DNA of 63,312 nucleotides, the filler included, from Octopus bimaculoides (Eukaryota): assembly GCF_001194135.2 (NCBI RefSeq). It is 7 parts of 7 records of this genome, joined end to end, with 100 filler letters (N's around TTAATTAATTAA, not from the genome) between each part and the next. Parts side by side here need not be neighbours in the genome. Positions count along the whole stretch, not along the records: positions 1 to 6,692 come from NC_068989.1; positions 6,793 to 15,878 come from NC_068988.1; 5 more parts are not named here. One strand, written 5' to 3'. The notes beneath the pieces are model-generated. The model had not been told where the DNA came from, made no database searches, and was given only the letters and a program-made list of their open reading frames with translations. Position 1 is the first letter of the stretch; every line of letters begins with the position of its first letter. Positions 1 to 11,992 of the stretch are shown here, piece after piece. A program made the position numbers and the translations under genes.

Positions 1-236
1 GGCACATAAAAGACACCATTTCGAGCGTGGCCGTTTTCGTGCGGGTGACACGTAAAAGCACCCACTACACTCTCTGAGTGGTTGGCGTTAGGAAGGGCAT
101 CCAGCTGTAGAAACTCTGCCAAATCAGACTGGAGCCTGGTGTTGCCATCCGGTTTCACCAGTCCTCAGTCAAATCGTCCAACCCATGCTAGCATGGAAAG
201 CGGACGTTAAACGATGATGATGATGATGATGATGAT
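1..236 (+). mobile_element. RTE LINE 3' UTR copy (young; cut by the window edge) ending in a (GAT)n tail
   Basis: Contains GTTGGCGTTAGGAAGGGCATCCAGCTGTAGAAAC...CATGCTAGCATGGAAAGCGGACGTTAAAC(GAT)n. Nearly identical to the inverted copy at 19067-19283. Homologous to the UTR attached to RTE ORF2 at 18245-18771. Confidence 0.85.
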
Positions 237-252
237 TTAACAGAAAAATGTC

Positions 253-268
253 AATGCTAAAGGGTTAA
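253..268. mobile_element. Isolated terminus of the piggyBac-like MITE (AATGCTAAAGGG-TTAA)
   Basis: Same terminal sequence as the MITE at 1564-1795. Confidence 0.55.
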
Positions 269-282
269 TTACAAAAATACAA

Positions 283-555
283 GTGACCAAAATGGGGTTC
301 TTCCAAAGGATTTCTGGAGTAACGCTTTTTGGCAGGGGGCATAGCACAGGTCAGGGAGTCTCTCCAGATCAAACCCACTACTTCTCTGCATTGACAGGTC
401 ACAGCCCTGGTACTACAGACATGATTAAAATGTTGCAGGAAAGAGTCACAAGACAGATTCTTCATGCTGAGTCAACCAGCAGATGTAGGGATAGACAAAG
501 AATGCGATGGTTGGATAATATCCATACTCTTAGTTGGTTGCATTGGAAATCCTAA
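283..555 (+). pseudogene. Degenerate RTE-clade ORF2 C-terminal fragment
   Basis: Translation KMGFFQRISGVTLFGR...MLQERVTRQIL...SRCRDRQRMRWLDNI matches the RTE post-RT pattern EM.FLR.I.G.T..DR...R..K.IL...G.R.RGRP..RW.D.I. Matched by eye. Confidence 0.65.
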
Positions 556-852
556 CAATAAGTGTAATTGACAGCTGCTTCTGATAAGACCCTATGGAGG
601 AGGTGCCTATTCCATGACTCTCCCAAGAATAGTGGGCAGAGAAAATGGATGAATGGAATTATAAAAACTCTTTGTTAGGCTTTATGTGAAACTGATAAAA
701 TTAAGTTTCTGTTTTGAAATAAAATAAAATAAAATTTAAAAAAAAAGAAAAAAAAAGAAAAGAAGATCAGAGCCATCCATTGTCAGGTAAGTATTAAAAT
801 TTGATCTTTGTGCTGTTATGATATTTTAACAAAAACTTTAGCTCTTCTGGCT

Positions 853-1032
853 ATTGTTGTTGTTAACAGGTGATCAGCTCAGATAAATTAGATCTCTGAT
901 CAAAGATATTCCAACCATGACATAGCCAGTTTTTTTTTTGTTTTTTTTGCAGATAGTGTATCTTGTACTACAATGTCCAATGTCTCTTTCTGTTTCTTTA
1001 AAATTATAGAGTGTGATTTGAGGAAGATTTAT
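853..1032 (+). repeat. Interspersed repeat family F (unclassified)
   Basis: Motifs TGATCAAAGATATTCCAACCATGAC and GTGTGATTTGAGGAAGATT recur at about 21755-21830 (+), 23565-23650 (-), 26620-26720 (-), 29095-29235 (+) and 39590-39665 (+). Confidence 0.6.
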
Positions 1033-1057
1033 AATGAAAAAGTTTGCTTTGTAACCA

Positions 1058-1180
1058 CAAAGGTTCAATTTCAGTCCCACTGGGTGACAACTTTGGCAAC
1101 GGTCTTCTACTATAGGCCCATGTCAACCAATGGCTTGTGAGTAAATTTAGTTAACAGAAACTATATAGCAGGCCTTTGTG
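1058..1180 (+). mobile_element. Diverged SINE-A fragment
   Basis: TTCAGTCCCACTG...GGCAACGGTCTTCTACTATAG...TTGTGAGTAAATTT...GAAACT followed by (TG)n; homologous to 54529-54691. Confidence 0.65.
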
Positions 1181-1563
1181 TGTGTGTACATAGTCATCAT
1201 GTCTATTTTCTCTCGTCCTTGCATAGGTTGCATGGAGTTTATTGAGGCAGACTTTCTCCAACACAAAAACCCTCTGACAACCCTTTAACCATCCAACAGA
1301 TCAGCATACTATAAATATTTACTGCAGATAACAAAGCCCAACACAAAATTAATAGGAGCACTGTGTAAACTTAGGATATTGTTAATGTCTCTATAAGGAA
1401 AAAGCAGCCTCATGAGGCTTTTGGGAGGCCTTTGAGACTGATTGGAAGACATCTGTTAATAATGGTAAATTTTTAAAAATTTTCTTTAAGGCTTAACCAT
1501 GAGACAGAAGCGAGTCCATCAACTTCTATAAACCTGGTGAGATAGGATGGTTAATAAGCTTGT

Positions 1564-1795
1564 TTAAACTTTTAGCATTCAGACTACTCTGTCATATGTA
1601 ATGCTTATTTATTCATTCACATTGCTTTGAATTAATCATGCATTCTCTTGCAGCTTTGAAATTTCAATGATGTGATTGTTTACTTTTAGAATGATGTTGT
1701 AGGGTAGATGTAAGAGGTTGGATCTGGCCAGTTTGAACATAAAGTAGGTAGAATGTTTTGACTGGATATTGCTGGTTTAAATGCTAAAGGGTTAG
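1564..1795 (+). mobile_element. piggyBac-like MITE, about 230 bp
   Basis: Terminal inverted repeats TTAA-(A)CTTTTAGCATT ... AATGCTAAAGGG-TTAG. CCC/GGG-type ends with TTAA flanks are typical of piggyBac. An inverted copy lies at 3761-3986. Confidence 0.7.
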
Positions 1796-2866
1796 ACATC
1801 TTGAAGTGAAGAGCTGAAGAAAAAACATTGTGGTGAAATGGATTTGACAACCCAGTTAGGAGAAATAGAAGCTATTGTAATACTAATAGAAAAAAAAAAA
1901 CAAGAGTGGGGAGGCAGTATGTTTGTGGTGACGGAGCTGTATTGTGTTGGTACCTGAAACTCTGCCAATCAGACTGATGGCTCTATTTTAGATTTAAAGA
2001 GCAAGTTTAGGCCAATCACCATTTTACTTCCTAATTTCATGTTGGCATGGGTTGGATGGGAGAAGGCAGGACCAGATACATAATATATACATTCCATCAC
2101 CATTAATAGCCAAGTTGTTTGCATGTCAGCCAGTTAATTAGCTGGTAGTTACACAGGGAAGGTTTCACTAGAGCCCCTTTATCAGTTAATAACACTGAAC
2201 CCTACACCAAGTGCAAAATGATGGGCATATTTAACTCAACTGTTAGTTGCTTCATGTGTGCACCTAAGCGTAGACATATAGTATTCTTCTAAGATAATTA
2301 GCTACTGCCAGCTGTTTGTTGGTACATGATGTAACCCAATCTCAATGTTCAAATGGGATGCAGTAGTGCAGATAAAAAAGGTGCAATGTTTTGACAGTGA
2401 ATAAAACTGCATTATTGACAGTAATATACACACACATGCAAAAGGTGTTGAATTTGACAAAACAAATTGCGTAACGATGATATTGATTATGATCGTGTTC
2501 ATATTTATAAATATATGCATGTGTATAAATTACATATAATGAAAAAGTACACACACACACACACACATATATGTATATATTATTGTGTCTGGGGAGAGCC
2601 ATTCTGTTTTAATACCTTATTAATTAACACACTCACCGGTTCAATTTTCACTCATTTATTTTTACTCTCCCTCTCTCTCTCTCATATATATATATACATA
2701 CAACAAGAAATATGGGCTAAAAATATGCAAATTTTATCATTCATGCCAACAAGCATTTTAACTATGAACATTTTAAAAATTGTTTTATGAACTCATGTGT
2801 TTTTGCTTAAATTTTTTAACTGTGACCATACCATCTATTTTTATGGATTCGCAGATTCTTTTTTCT

Positions 2867-3258
2867 CATGTGGCTGTGTGATTAAGTAGCTTGCTTTGCA
2901 ACCACATGGCTTCAGGTTCAGTCCAACTGCGTGGTACTATAGGCAAGTGTTTTCTACTATAGCATTGGGATGACTAATAGCTTGCCTTGTGAGTGAATTT
3001 GGTAGACAGAAACTGCGTGGAAGCCTGTTCTGTGTGTATGTATGTGTGTGTCTGTTTCTGTCCTCATCCCTCCACATGACAAGTGCTGGTTTGTTTACAT
3101 CCCCATAACTTAATGGTTCAGCAAAAGAGACTGATAGAATAAATACTAGGCTTAAAAGAAAATAAGTACTGGGGTCAATTTGTTAGAGTGAACCCTTCAA
3201 GGCAGTGCCCCAGTATGGCTGTAGTCCAATGAGTGAAACCAGTAGAAGATAAAAGAAA
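2867..3258 (+). mobile_element. Full composite SINE: A head/CORE-like part + (TG)n + B tail
   Basis: TGGCTGTGTG A-box-like and GGTTCAGTCC B-box-like motifs, GGCAAGTGTTTCTACTATAG, a TG-rich linker, then ...GATAGAATAAATACTAGG...TGGGGTCAATTTG...GAAACCAGTAGAAGATAAAAG. Confidence 0.8.
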
Positions 3259-3487
3259 CTGTTCCAATCATGACCATCCAGTTTTGCTATGGAAGCAGAG
3301 TCTTTTTTATCATATTTTCCAGCTGTGCCCATACTATTATGGATTCACAGAATTTTTTTTTCACATTTGTAAGAACAAAAGCGTTGCAACTGTGACCACT
3401 CAAGCTTAATTTGAGTGACATTTGGCTGCTATTTCAAGGAAACATAGCTATCTTGCATTGCTGGGATCTTGAAGAGAAATACATTTG

Positions 3488-3615
3488 CAACCTGGTTTTC
3501 AATGTCAGCAGACGGTGTCTAGTGTCAACCTCATCAACAGAACTATGGCAAATATTAGCGGCAAGCTGTTGCACTGACTGTCAGTGTATGTGTTTGAGCG
3601 TATATATGTATGTGT
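3488..3615 (+). repeat. 128-bp direct repeat, copy 1
   Basis: Matches 4703-4830 without gaps; I count 6 substitutions. Confidence 0.9.
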
Positions 3616-3760
3616 GAGTGTGTGTGCATGTAGGATGAGGGGTGTATGTAGGTATGTACACAGGGTTTATTTCTATACTTTCTTCTCCCATTGTATGACC
3701 CACTGTCTATATCTTATGTTCACCTTGTAGCTTGCCAGTTTTCTCCATCACTACCTTCCT

Positions 3761-3986
3761 TTAAGCCTTTAGCATTTAATCCAGTCACATCCAGCCAAAA
3801 TATTCTACCTGTTTCATGCTAAAACCGAAAAGATCCAACCCCTCACACCTACCCAACAATGTCATCCTAAAAATATACAAACACACCATTGAAATCTTGA
3901 CGCAACAAAATAACGTGATTAATTCAAAACAATGTGAATAAATAAGCAATACATTTGACAAAGAAATTTGAATGTTAAATGGTTAA
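3761..3986 (-). mobile_element. piggyBac-like MITE, inverted relative to 1564-1795
   Basis: TTAA-GCCTTTAGCATTT ... GAATGTTAAATGG-TTAA; the internal sequence is the reverse complement of the 1564 copy. Confidence 0.7.
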
Positions 3987-4249
3987 TCTCTTTTTCAAGT
4001 ACTACCACCCACCGCTATATATAACAAGAAGTAGTCATGTATCTCCTGTAAGAGCAAGACACATAACTTGTCAACTCTCTCTCTCTCTCTCTTACTTTAG
4101 TCAACACCTGGCATAAAGCCACCTTTTCTCCACAAATATTCTTCATTTAATAGTGGTAGTTTTTTTTTCTTTTCCTCATTCTGTTCTTTTTCTGCCTTGC
4201 AAGTAACTTGGTAAATTCACTAGTGCTGATGAAATGAAAAAAAAAAAAA

Positions 4250-4416
4250 ACACTCAGTACACTAAGTAAAGTGATTGGTGTGAGGATGAGCATCTAACTG
4301 TAGAAACCAAGGCTAAAAGCTGACCCTGGAGCATGGCATGGCCTTGTGGCTTGCTGGATCCTGTCAAACTGTCCAACCCATACCAACATGGAAAGTGGAA
4401 GTTAAAGGATGATGAT
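4250..4416 (+). mobile_element. Diverged RTE 3' UTR copy
   Basis: GATTGGTGTGAGGATGAGCATCTAACTGTAGAAAC...CCAACCCATACCAACATGGAAAGTGGAAGTTAAAGGATGATGAT. Confidence 0.65.
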
Positions 4417-4702
4417 GTGCATGTCTATGTATACACATGGGTATGTATTTATATATATGTGAATACATGCATAACTGCATGTGTACATGTGCATGTCTAG
4501 ATGTTCATATGAACTTGTGACACACTGAATAAGTATATACTTATAGGATTTTCTATGGCTGCATGCCCTTCCAGTGGCTGAGCCTCATTTGTTTCCAAGC
4601 AGGCTTATATTCCCATGGCTACATATGTTTATACAGAAAAACAGAAATGAAGGGCATTGCTTGAATTATGGTGGCACTTGCTTAAATCTCTCATGAGGTA
4701 AA

Positions 4703-4830
4703 CAACCTGGTTTTCAATGTCAGCAGACGGTGTCTAGTATCAACCTCATCAACAGAACTATGGCAAATATTAGTGGTAAGCTGTTGCACTGTCTGTCAGT
4801 GTATGTGTTTGGGTGTATATATGTATGTGT
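4703..4830 (+). repeat. 128-bp direct repeat, copy 2
   Basis: See 3488-3615. Confidence 0.9.
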
Positions 4831-4859
4831 CATGACAAGGAAACACACACACACACATA

Positions 4860-5005
4860 CAATGGGCTTCTTTCCAGCTACTAAATCTATGCTTTAGTCA
4901 GCATACAGCTATAGAAGACACTTGTCCAAAGTATCCCACAATGGATTGAACCTGAGAAAAAGCATGCAATCAGGAAGCAAACTCTTTAACCACACACTTA
5001 TACCC
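4860..5005 (-). mobile_element. Diverged SINE-A
   Basis: GGGCTTCTTTC...GCTATAGAAGACACTTGTCCAA...GAACCTGA...GAAGCAAACTCTTTAACCACAC is the reverse complement of the A head. Confidence 0.6.
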
Positions 5006-5180
5006 ATTCATCTGTATGTGTGTGTGTGTGTCTGCAGCAGCAGTAGCAGCACCACCACCACCATTATCATCATCACTGAATGTCCTTTTCCCATGGCAAA
5101 CCAGAGGACTGCTTTGGAACAATTTCTATGGCTGGATGTTCTTTAATGCCAATCACTTTGCAGAGTGAACTGTATGTATG

Positions 5181-5227
<47 letters not shown>

Positions 5228-6736
5228 NNNNNNNNNNNNNNNNNNNNNNNNNNNNNNNNNNNNNNNNNNNNNNNNNNNNNNNNNNNNNNNNNNNNNNNNN
5301 NNNNNNNNNNNNNNNNNNNNNNNNNNNNNNNNNNNNNNNNNNNNNNNNNNNNNNNNNNNNNNNNNNNNNNNNNNNNNNNNNNNNNNNNNNNNNNNNNNNN
5401 NNNNNNNNNNNNNNNNNNNNNNNNNNNNNNNNNNNNNNNNNNNNNNNNNNNNNNNNNNNNNNNNNNNNNNNNNNNNNNNNNNNNNNNNNNNNNNNNNNNN
5501 NNNNNNNNNNNNNNNNNNNNNNNNNNNNNNNNNNNNNNNNNNNNNNNNNNNNNNNNNNNNNNNNNNNNNNNNNNNNNNNNNNNNNNNNNNNNNNNNNNNN
5601 NNNNNNNNNNNNNNNNNNNNNNNNNNNNNNNNNNNNNNNNNNNNNNNNNNNNNNNNNNNNNNNNNNNNNNNNNNNNNNNNNNNNNNNNNNNNNNNNNNNN
5701 NNNNNNNNNNNNNNNNNNNNNNNNNNNNNNNNNNNNNNNNNNNNNNNNNNNNNNNNNNNNNNNNNNNNNNNNNNNNNNNNNNNNNNNNNNNNNNNNNNNN
5801 NNNNNNNNCACACAAACTCACGTACACACACATAACACCCCCACCAACACACAACACAAATAGACATACGCACACATACAGACATACACATACATATGAA
5901 CCATCACACACACATACGGTTGCTTACACACAAACACCACAAGGGTATTTAAAACAACACACTCACTCAGACAGAGAGACACACACACACTCCCACGCAC
6001 ACACACAGATGCACACATACATACACACACATACGCACACACCCTCACACATACATATAGTTGCTCTCTCACACACACACCACAAGGATGATTAAAACAA
6101 CACATACATACTCAGACAAAGAGATATACACACACTCTCACGTACACACACCTAACATCCCCACCGACACAAAAAACACAAACACACGCACACACAACAC
6201 CCTAACAAATACCAATCACACACATACACAAACGTGCACACATATACACACACCATCCTACCATAGATAAAACACACACATACTCATATACACTTTCCAC
6301 AATAAACTCTGGGACCAATAAAAAGGGCACACACACATGGACACAAACACACATATACACACACACACACAAATAGAGATGTGCACAAAACCAGTCCCAA
6401 AAACCAGTGAACCATGACAGACTAGCTCACAGACCAACCAAAAATAAAAAAATCCCTTTTAACTCTTCCTTCCTCCCACCCCAGCTAGCCAGTCATATTG
6501 TCTCTTAAGACAGCAAACATTCCCTCAATACACACAAGAGAAAAAAGCTAGGTCAGTTCCTCCTCAACTTTTTGCGAACTCTTAAATATATTTCCTGGGT
6601 ATATATATACATATTTTACCAAATCCTTTTTGTTATAACAACGTTGTAAACTGTTTCAAACATATTCTTCTTATTATTATCAAAGAATGTATNNNNNNNN
6701 NNNNNNNNNNNNNNNNNNNNNNNNNNNNNNNNNNNN

Positions 6737-6748
6737 TTAATTAATTAA
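6737..6748. other. Assembly gap pad TTAATTAATTAA (also at 15923-15934, 22844-22855, 30532-30543, 52728-52739, 57538-57549)
   Basis: Identical 12-mer centred in N-runs (44 N on each side where counted, 100 bp total); palindromic, with stop codons in all six frames. Confidence 0.95.
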
Positions 6749-6792
6749 NNNNNNNNNNNNNNNNNNNNNNNNNNNNNNNNNNNNNNNNNNNN

Positions 6793-6836
<44 letters not shown>

Positions 6837-6964
6837 ATGTATATATATATTTATCTATATATATATATATATATATGTATGTATATGTATATATGTATAT
6901 ATATATATATTATATGTGTATATGTATGTTTATGTGTATATATATCTGATCGTAGATAGGTATA

Positions 6965-7005
<41 letters not shown>

Positions 7006-7384
7006 CTGTGTGAGTGTGTTTACATACATACATGAGAATAAATACAAATAAATGCATATTTGCATATATCGATATATGTATGTTTACAGATACTCATATA
7101 TGTGTGTTGAGTGTATGCCTGTGTATATATAAATATGCATGACCATATATACGTATATGCATATATGTCTATCTATATATATATATATACATGTGTGTGT
7201 GTGTGTGTGTACTGAGAGTGAAAGGGGGCGGGGATTTCACTGAAGGTAACTAATTAAGGAATGATGCACTGTGTATGACTAGACTGAATAACATTGAATC
7301 ATCAGCATATCACCGCTCTCTCGTACATTTCATACGCCTGATGTGTTGGGACTTGCGTAACGTATTACATATATACATATATAG

Positions 7385-7549
7385 GACGGGCTTCTTTCAG
7401 TTTCCATCTACCAAATCCACTCACAAAGATTTGGTCGGTCCGAAGCTATCGTAGAAGACACTTGCCCAATGTGTGCCACGCGATGGGACTGAACCCGGAA
7501 CCATACGGTGGGGAAGCAAACTTCTTATCACACAGCCACTCTCGCGCCT
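7385..7549 (-). mobile_element. SINE-A (tRNA head + CORE-like domain)
   Basis: Reverse complement reads GGCGCGAGAGTGGCTGTGTG...GGTTCAGTCCC...GTGGCACAC-TTGGGCAAGTGTCTTC...GAAACTGAAAGAAGCCCGTC, next to (TA)n. Confidence 0.85.
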
Positions 7550-8028
7550 AGGTTAGGAAATACAGCACAACACTTTAGTAGAGAAATATATCTCAAATGA
7601 AAGTTTAGTTATTTTTTAATATTCAGCCTGCGTTCCACGCCATTCTATATACCTTCCACTGTTTATCAATCACCTGATGAATCAACATGATTATCAGGTA
7701 GCCAGCCAGCATGATGTATGTATAACCAACAGCAGCTTTTTGAGGTCTTTATAAAAGCGCTGAAAGACAGCTCTTTTCATAAGAGTTCTATGCCTTCTCT
7801 GCGCTGTAATATCTGGCCAATGGCCACTACAGTAGCTATACACACGTCACCACGTTTTTATATTGTTATCATGTCAACATATCACATTGATCCGTCATTG
7901 CGATCCGTCATTGCTTCAGCGTATGAATGCATATGTGTGTGTGTGTATGTGTGTGTGTGTTCTGAACTCTATATTCCTATCATGTATTTTAGTTTCACAA
8001 TGCCTGTATGTGCGTGAAGTTGGTGTAG

Positions 8029-8102
<74 letters not shown>

Positions 8103-8329
8103 GAGATAGATAGATGGATATATATATATATATATATATATGCATNNNNNNNNNNNNNNNNNNNNNNNNNNNNNNNNNNNNNNNNNNNNNNNNNNNNNNN
8201 NNNNNNNNNNNNNNNNNNNNNNNNNNNNNNNNNNNNNNNNNNNNNNNNNNNNNNNNNNNNNNNNNNNNNNNNNNNNNNNNNNNNNNNNNNNNNNNNNNNN
8301 NNNNNNNNNNNNNNNNNNNNNNNNNNNNN

Positions 8330-8385
<56 letters not shown>

Positions 8386-8497
8386 AATGGAGAGAATGGG
8401 GAGAGCGAGTGACATAAGTGGATGTAGACATGTGTATATATATTTATGTATATATATATATGTGTATACTAATATTATATATACACACACAATCACA

Positions 8498-9312
8498 CAG
8501 TGTGCAGTGAATAAACTGTCGTCTAAATTACGCAAAAATTAAAATAACATGGGCATCTCATTTTAACAGACATATTTACTAAAATCGCATAAAAATATCT
8601 TGAAATACTAAAATGTAAATTTATTCAATAAAATCAACATTAGCTTCAACAACGGCCTCCAGGTGATTATAGAATCTTCTGCAACTCTATTGGATGGTCT
8701 CCTTGTTTAAGTTGGTGAATACTGACATAATCCTTGCCTTGAGTTCATCTTTGGTGTTACAATTTTTTTTTTTTTTTTTGGTCTTTCGCACAACTGCATC
8801 CCACGCATAATAATCAAGGGATTGCAGTCTGGGGAGTAAGGTGGCCAGATGTTAGGGGGTGATATGGTTGTTGAAATTGTCTGACACCCATGACTGTTGC
8901 CCGACATAGGATCTTCCAGCAGCCTCTCTCTTGACCCAGGGCAGCACTACCTCCTCCAAACACATGATGTAGGCCTCCGTGTTGAGTCTGAGACCGGGTA
9001 GAATGATGAATGGAGGCACAGCGTCGCCATCACTAGTGATCACTCCAAACACCAGGATGTTGACTGGATGTCTGGAAATGCCTGTCTAGCTCTTGTAAAC
9101 ATATAATTATTCTCGTGAAATACATTCACTGATTTCAAAAATAGAAACAATCCACTTCTAAATCTCTCAGAGAGATTTATGCAGTAGTGATACGATAAAG
9201 TAGTTGTATGCTGTCAACTTAATGTGACAGTCGCATGAAGGGAATAATACTACTGCTATTTAGCCCTAGGAAGCAGCACCGCTTCCTGTCAGCCTTGACA
9301 CACTTCCTGCAT
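8498..9312 (-). mobile_element. Deleted Tc1/mariner-superfamily element, probably DD37D (maT) type; transposase relic 8621-9073
   Basis: Minus-strand pieces HPVNILVFGVITSDG-AVPPFI...EAYIMCLEEVVLPWV...WPPYSPDCNPL(D)Y...EAVVEANVDFIE*. SPD.NPLDY, with D as third catalytic residue, is the maT/DD37D form. The second-D region is deleted and there are frameshifts. Confidence 0.8.
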
Positions 9313-9354
9313 CGAGAGACCAGTTTCTGAGTCATTGCTCATTTTCAGTCTTCA

Positions 9355-9397
<43 letters not shown>

Positions 9398-9398
<1 letters not shown>

Positions 9399-9548
9399 TC
9401 ACAAGGTTTCCATCTACTAAGTCCACCCACAAAGCTTTGGTCGGTCCGTGGCTATAGTAGAAGACGCTTGCGCCAGGTGCCACGCAGTGAGACTGAACCC
9501 GGAGCCATGTGGTTGGCAAACAAGCTTTTACCACACAGCCACGCTTGT
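9398..9548 (-). mobile_element. SINE-A
   Basis: GGTTTCCATCTACTAAGTCCACCCACAAAGCTTTGGTCGG...GGTGCCACGCAGTGAGACTGAACCC...ACCACACAGCCAC, adjacent to (TA)n. Confidence 0.8.
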
Positions 9549-9954
9549 ATGTATAAGTTTGCGTATTTGCGTACATTTGTATCTTTATTTCTGTTTCGAA
9601 ATTCTTAGAATTTCGAAGAATGGAGGTGTGGTTCATAGAGAACAAGAAGGAAAAAAATCACGATTAATGAAATTCAGATGATATCAACGGCAGAGGGTTA
9701 AAATTTGCATTTTAGATAAGGGTTGCATATTTGTATTGTTCTGCACAGAGATAAAAATTGTTTGCTGGTCGTCTCTTGTATTTAGGGGGAAAAGCCGCAA
9801 GCTTACGAATAACAGTGTATGTTTTCATCTGTATGTATGTATGGACACACATATACACACACACACAATCACGTACACACGCAAGCACTTCCCCATCTAT
9901 AATACATGCATGAAATAGCTGTAAGTCGAAATAAGTGTGGTGTAATGTGAAAGA

Positions 9955-10135
9955 AACGTAAAAGTAAGGAAGAAAGAAAGAACGAAAGAAAGAATAAAAG
10001 AAAAAAGGAGGAAAGAAAGAAAGGAAGGACGAAAGAAGGAAAGAAAGAAAGAAAGAAAGGAAGGAAGGAAGGAAGAAGGAAAGAAAAAAAGAAAGAAAGA
10101 AAAGAAAGACAGGAAGAAAGAAATAAAAAAGACCG
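9955..10135. repeat. (GAAA)n/(GGAA)n purine-rich tandem repeat; a similar tract lies at 20311-20435
   Basis: Directly visible. Confidence 0.9.
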
Positions 10136-10270
10136 CCAGATAAGTGGAGAGGCAAAAAGGAAAGAGATGACAGATTCCAACATATAAGCACTTAGCTTTG
10201 TAGAAAACCACAGCACGTATAAACATATACACGTACATGCATACACATACATATACATACATATATGGAT

Positions 10271-10316
<46 letters not shown>

Positions 10317-10501
10317 GAGAGAGAGAGAGGGGGAGAGAGAGAGGGGAGATTTATATGTATATATATGTATATATAAATATGTATAGAGAGATTTATATGT
10401 ATATATATTTATATATGTATATATGTATGTGCATACATACATACGTATATATATGCGTATATGTATGTATATATATACACTAATATATATAGATTTATGT
10501 G

Positions 10502-10543
<42 letters not shown>

Positions 10544-10921
10544 NNNNNNNNNNNNNNNNNNNNNNNNNNNNNNNNNNNNNNNNNNNNNNNNNNNNNNNNN
10601 NNNNNNNNNNNNNNNNNNNNNNNNNNNNNNNNNNNNNNNNNNNNNNNNNNNNNNNNNNNNNNNNNNNNNNNNNNNNNNNNNNNNNNNNNNNNNNNNNNNN
10701 NNNNNNNNNNNNNNNNNNNNNNNNNNNNNNNNNNNNNNNNNNNNNNNNNNNNNNNNNNNNNNNNNNNNNNNNNNNNNNNNNNNNNNNNNNNNNNNNNNNN
10801 NNNNNNNNNNNNNNNNNNNNNNNNNNNNNNNNNNNNNNNNNNNNNNNNNNNNNNNNNNNNNNNNNNNNTGGCTGCAGTAAATACATACACACACACACTC
10901 ACGCATATGCGTATTTGTATA

Positions 10922-10965
<44 letters not shown>

Positions 10966-11071
10966 TATACATATATTCCTACACACGCACACACAGAGAC
11001 TCATTTATACATACATACTTGTTTATAAACAATTACATGATTTAATACATATATATGTGCACACACATATA

Positions 11072-11869
11072 CGAGGTCTGATCCATAAATATCCGGGCTG
11101 TTGTCATAGTAACGAAGCTAAAGAGCGCAAAGTGAAGCTGCTACGCAAAGACTGACCTTGAACTCTGCCGTGCATGCGCACTAGGTTTTAACGTTCTCGC
11201 TCACTTCTGCTGTTTACAGCAGTACTTCGAAGAAAGGTGTGTAGCGTGTGATAGTCGCATTGACCATGACGGAGAGTGTTGTCATGGCGACACCTGTTCA
11301 GAGGCTAGCGCAAAGTTGCAGAAAGTGTATGGAGAGGAGTGTATGAGCCGCACACAAGTCGACGAGTGGTTCGGATGTTTCTAGGATAGCCGAAAAAATG
11401 TCGATATTGACGAACGTCCTGAACTGAGAAAAACATCGCAGATGCGCGTGCAACTTTTAGGGGAAATCGTCGAATCACCATCCGTGAGTTATCAGAGGAT
11501 ATGCAGATTAGTTGCGGTTCAGTTCAGTCCATTATCACTGACGATTTGGGTATAAGACGCGTGTCTGCCAAATTTGTGCCACAACTGCTTTCATCTGACC
11601 AAAAAGACACTCGGATTTCCATTGCACAAGATCTTGATTGTGCCGAGAACGATGAAAAATTTTGAAAACTTTACGAAGGCAACTATCTCTATCATTTTCA
11701 ATGCGACGATCACATGCTACACACCTTCCTTCCAAGCACTATCGTAAGCAGCGGAAGAGAGCTAGAACGTTAAAACTTAGTGCGCATGCACAGCAGAGTT
11801 CAGGATCGATTTCTACCAAGCGATTTCGCTCTCCGTGCTTTATCTTTGATACTTATTGATCAGACCACG
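11072..11869 (+). mobile_element. Non-autonomous mariner, 798 bp, TA TSDs, about 200-bp inverted arms flanking an N-terminal transposase relic
   Basis: Ends TA-CGAGGTCTGATCCATAAATATC and GATACTTATTGATCAGACCACG-TA. The internal relic translates to KLQKVYGEECMSRTQVDEWF...NRRITIRELSEDMQISCGSVQSIITDDLGIRRVSAKFVPQLLSSDQK (HTH region plus WVP-like motif). Confidence 0.9.
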
Positions 11870-11922
11870 TATATATATACATATATATATATATATGCAT
11901 ATGTGTGTATGTGTGTGTGTAT

Positions 11923-11992
<70 letters not shown>

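Noticed and set aside
680-792. Perfect donor CAG|GTAAGT at 786/787
   Set aside because: The upstream sequence is an A-rich low-complexity tract with no credible coding frame; a lone 9-mer is not evidence of an exon. A non-coding exon cannot be excluded.
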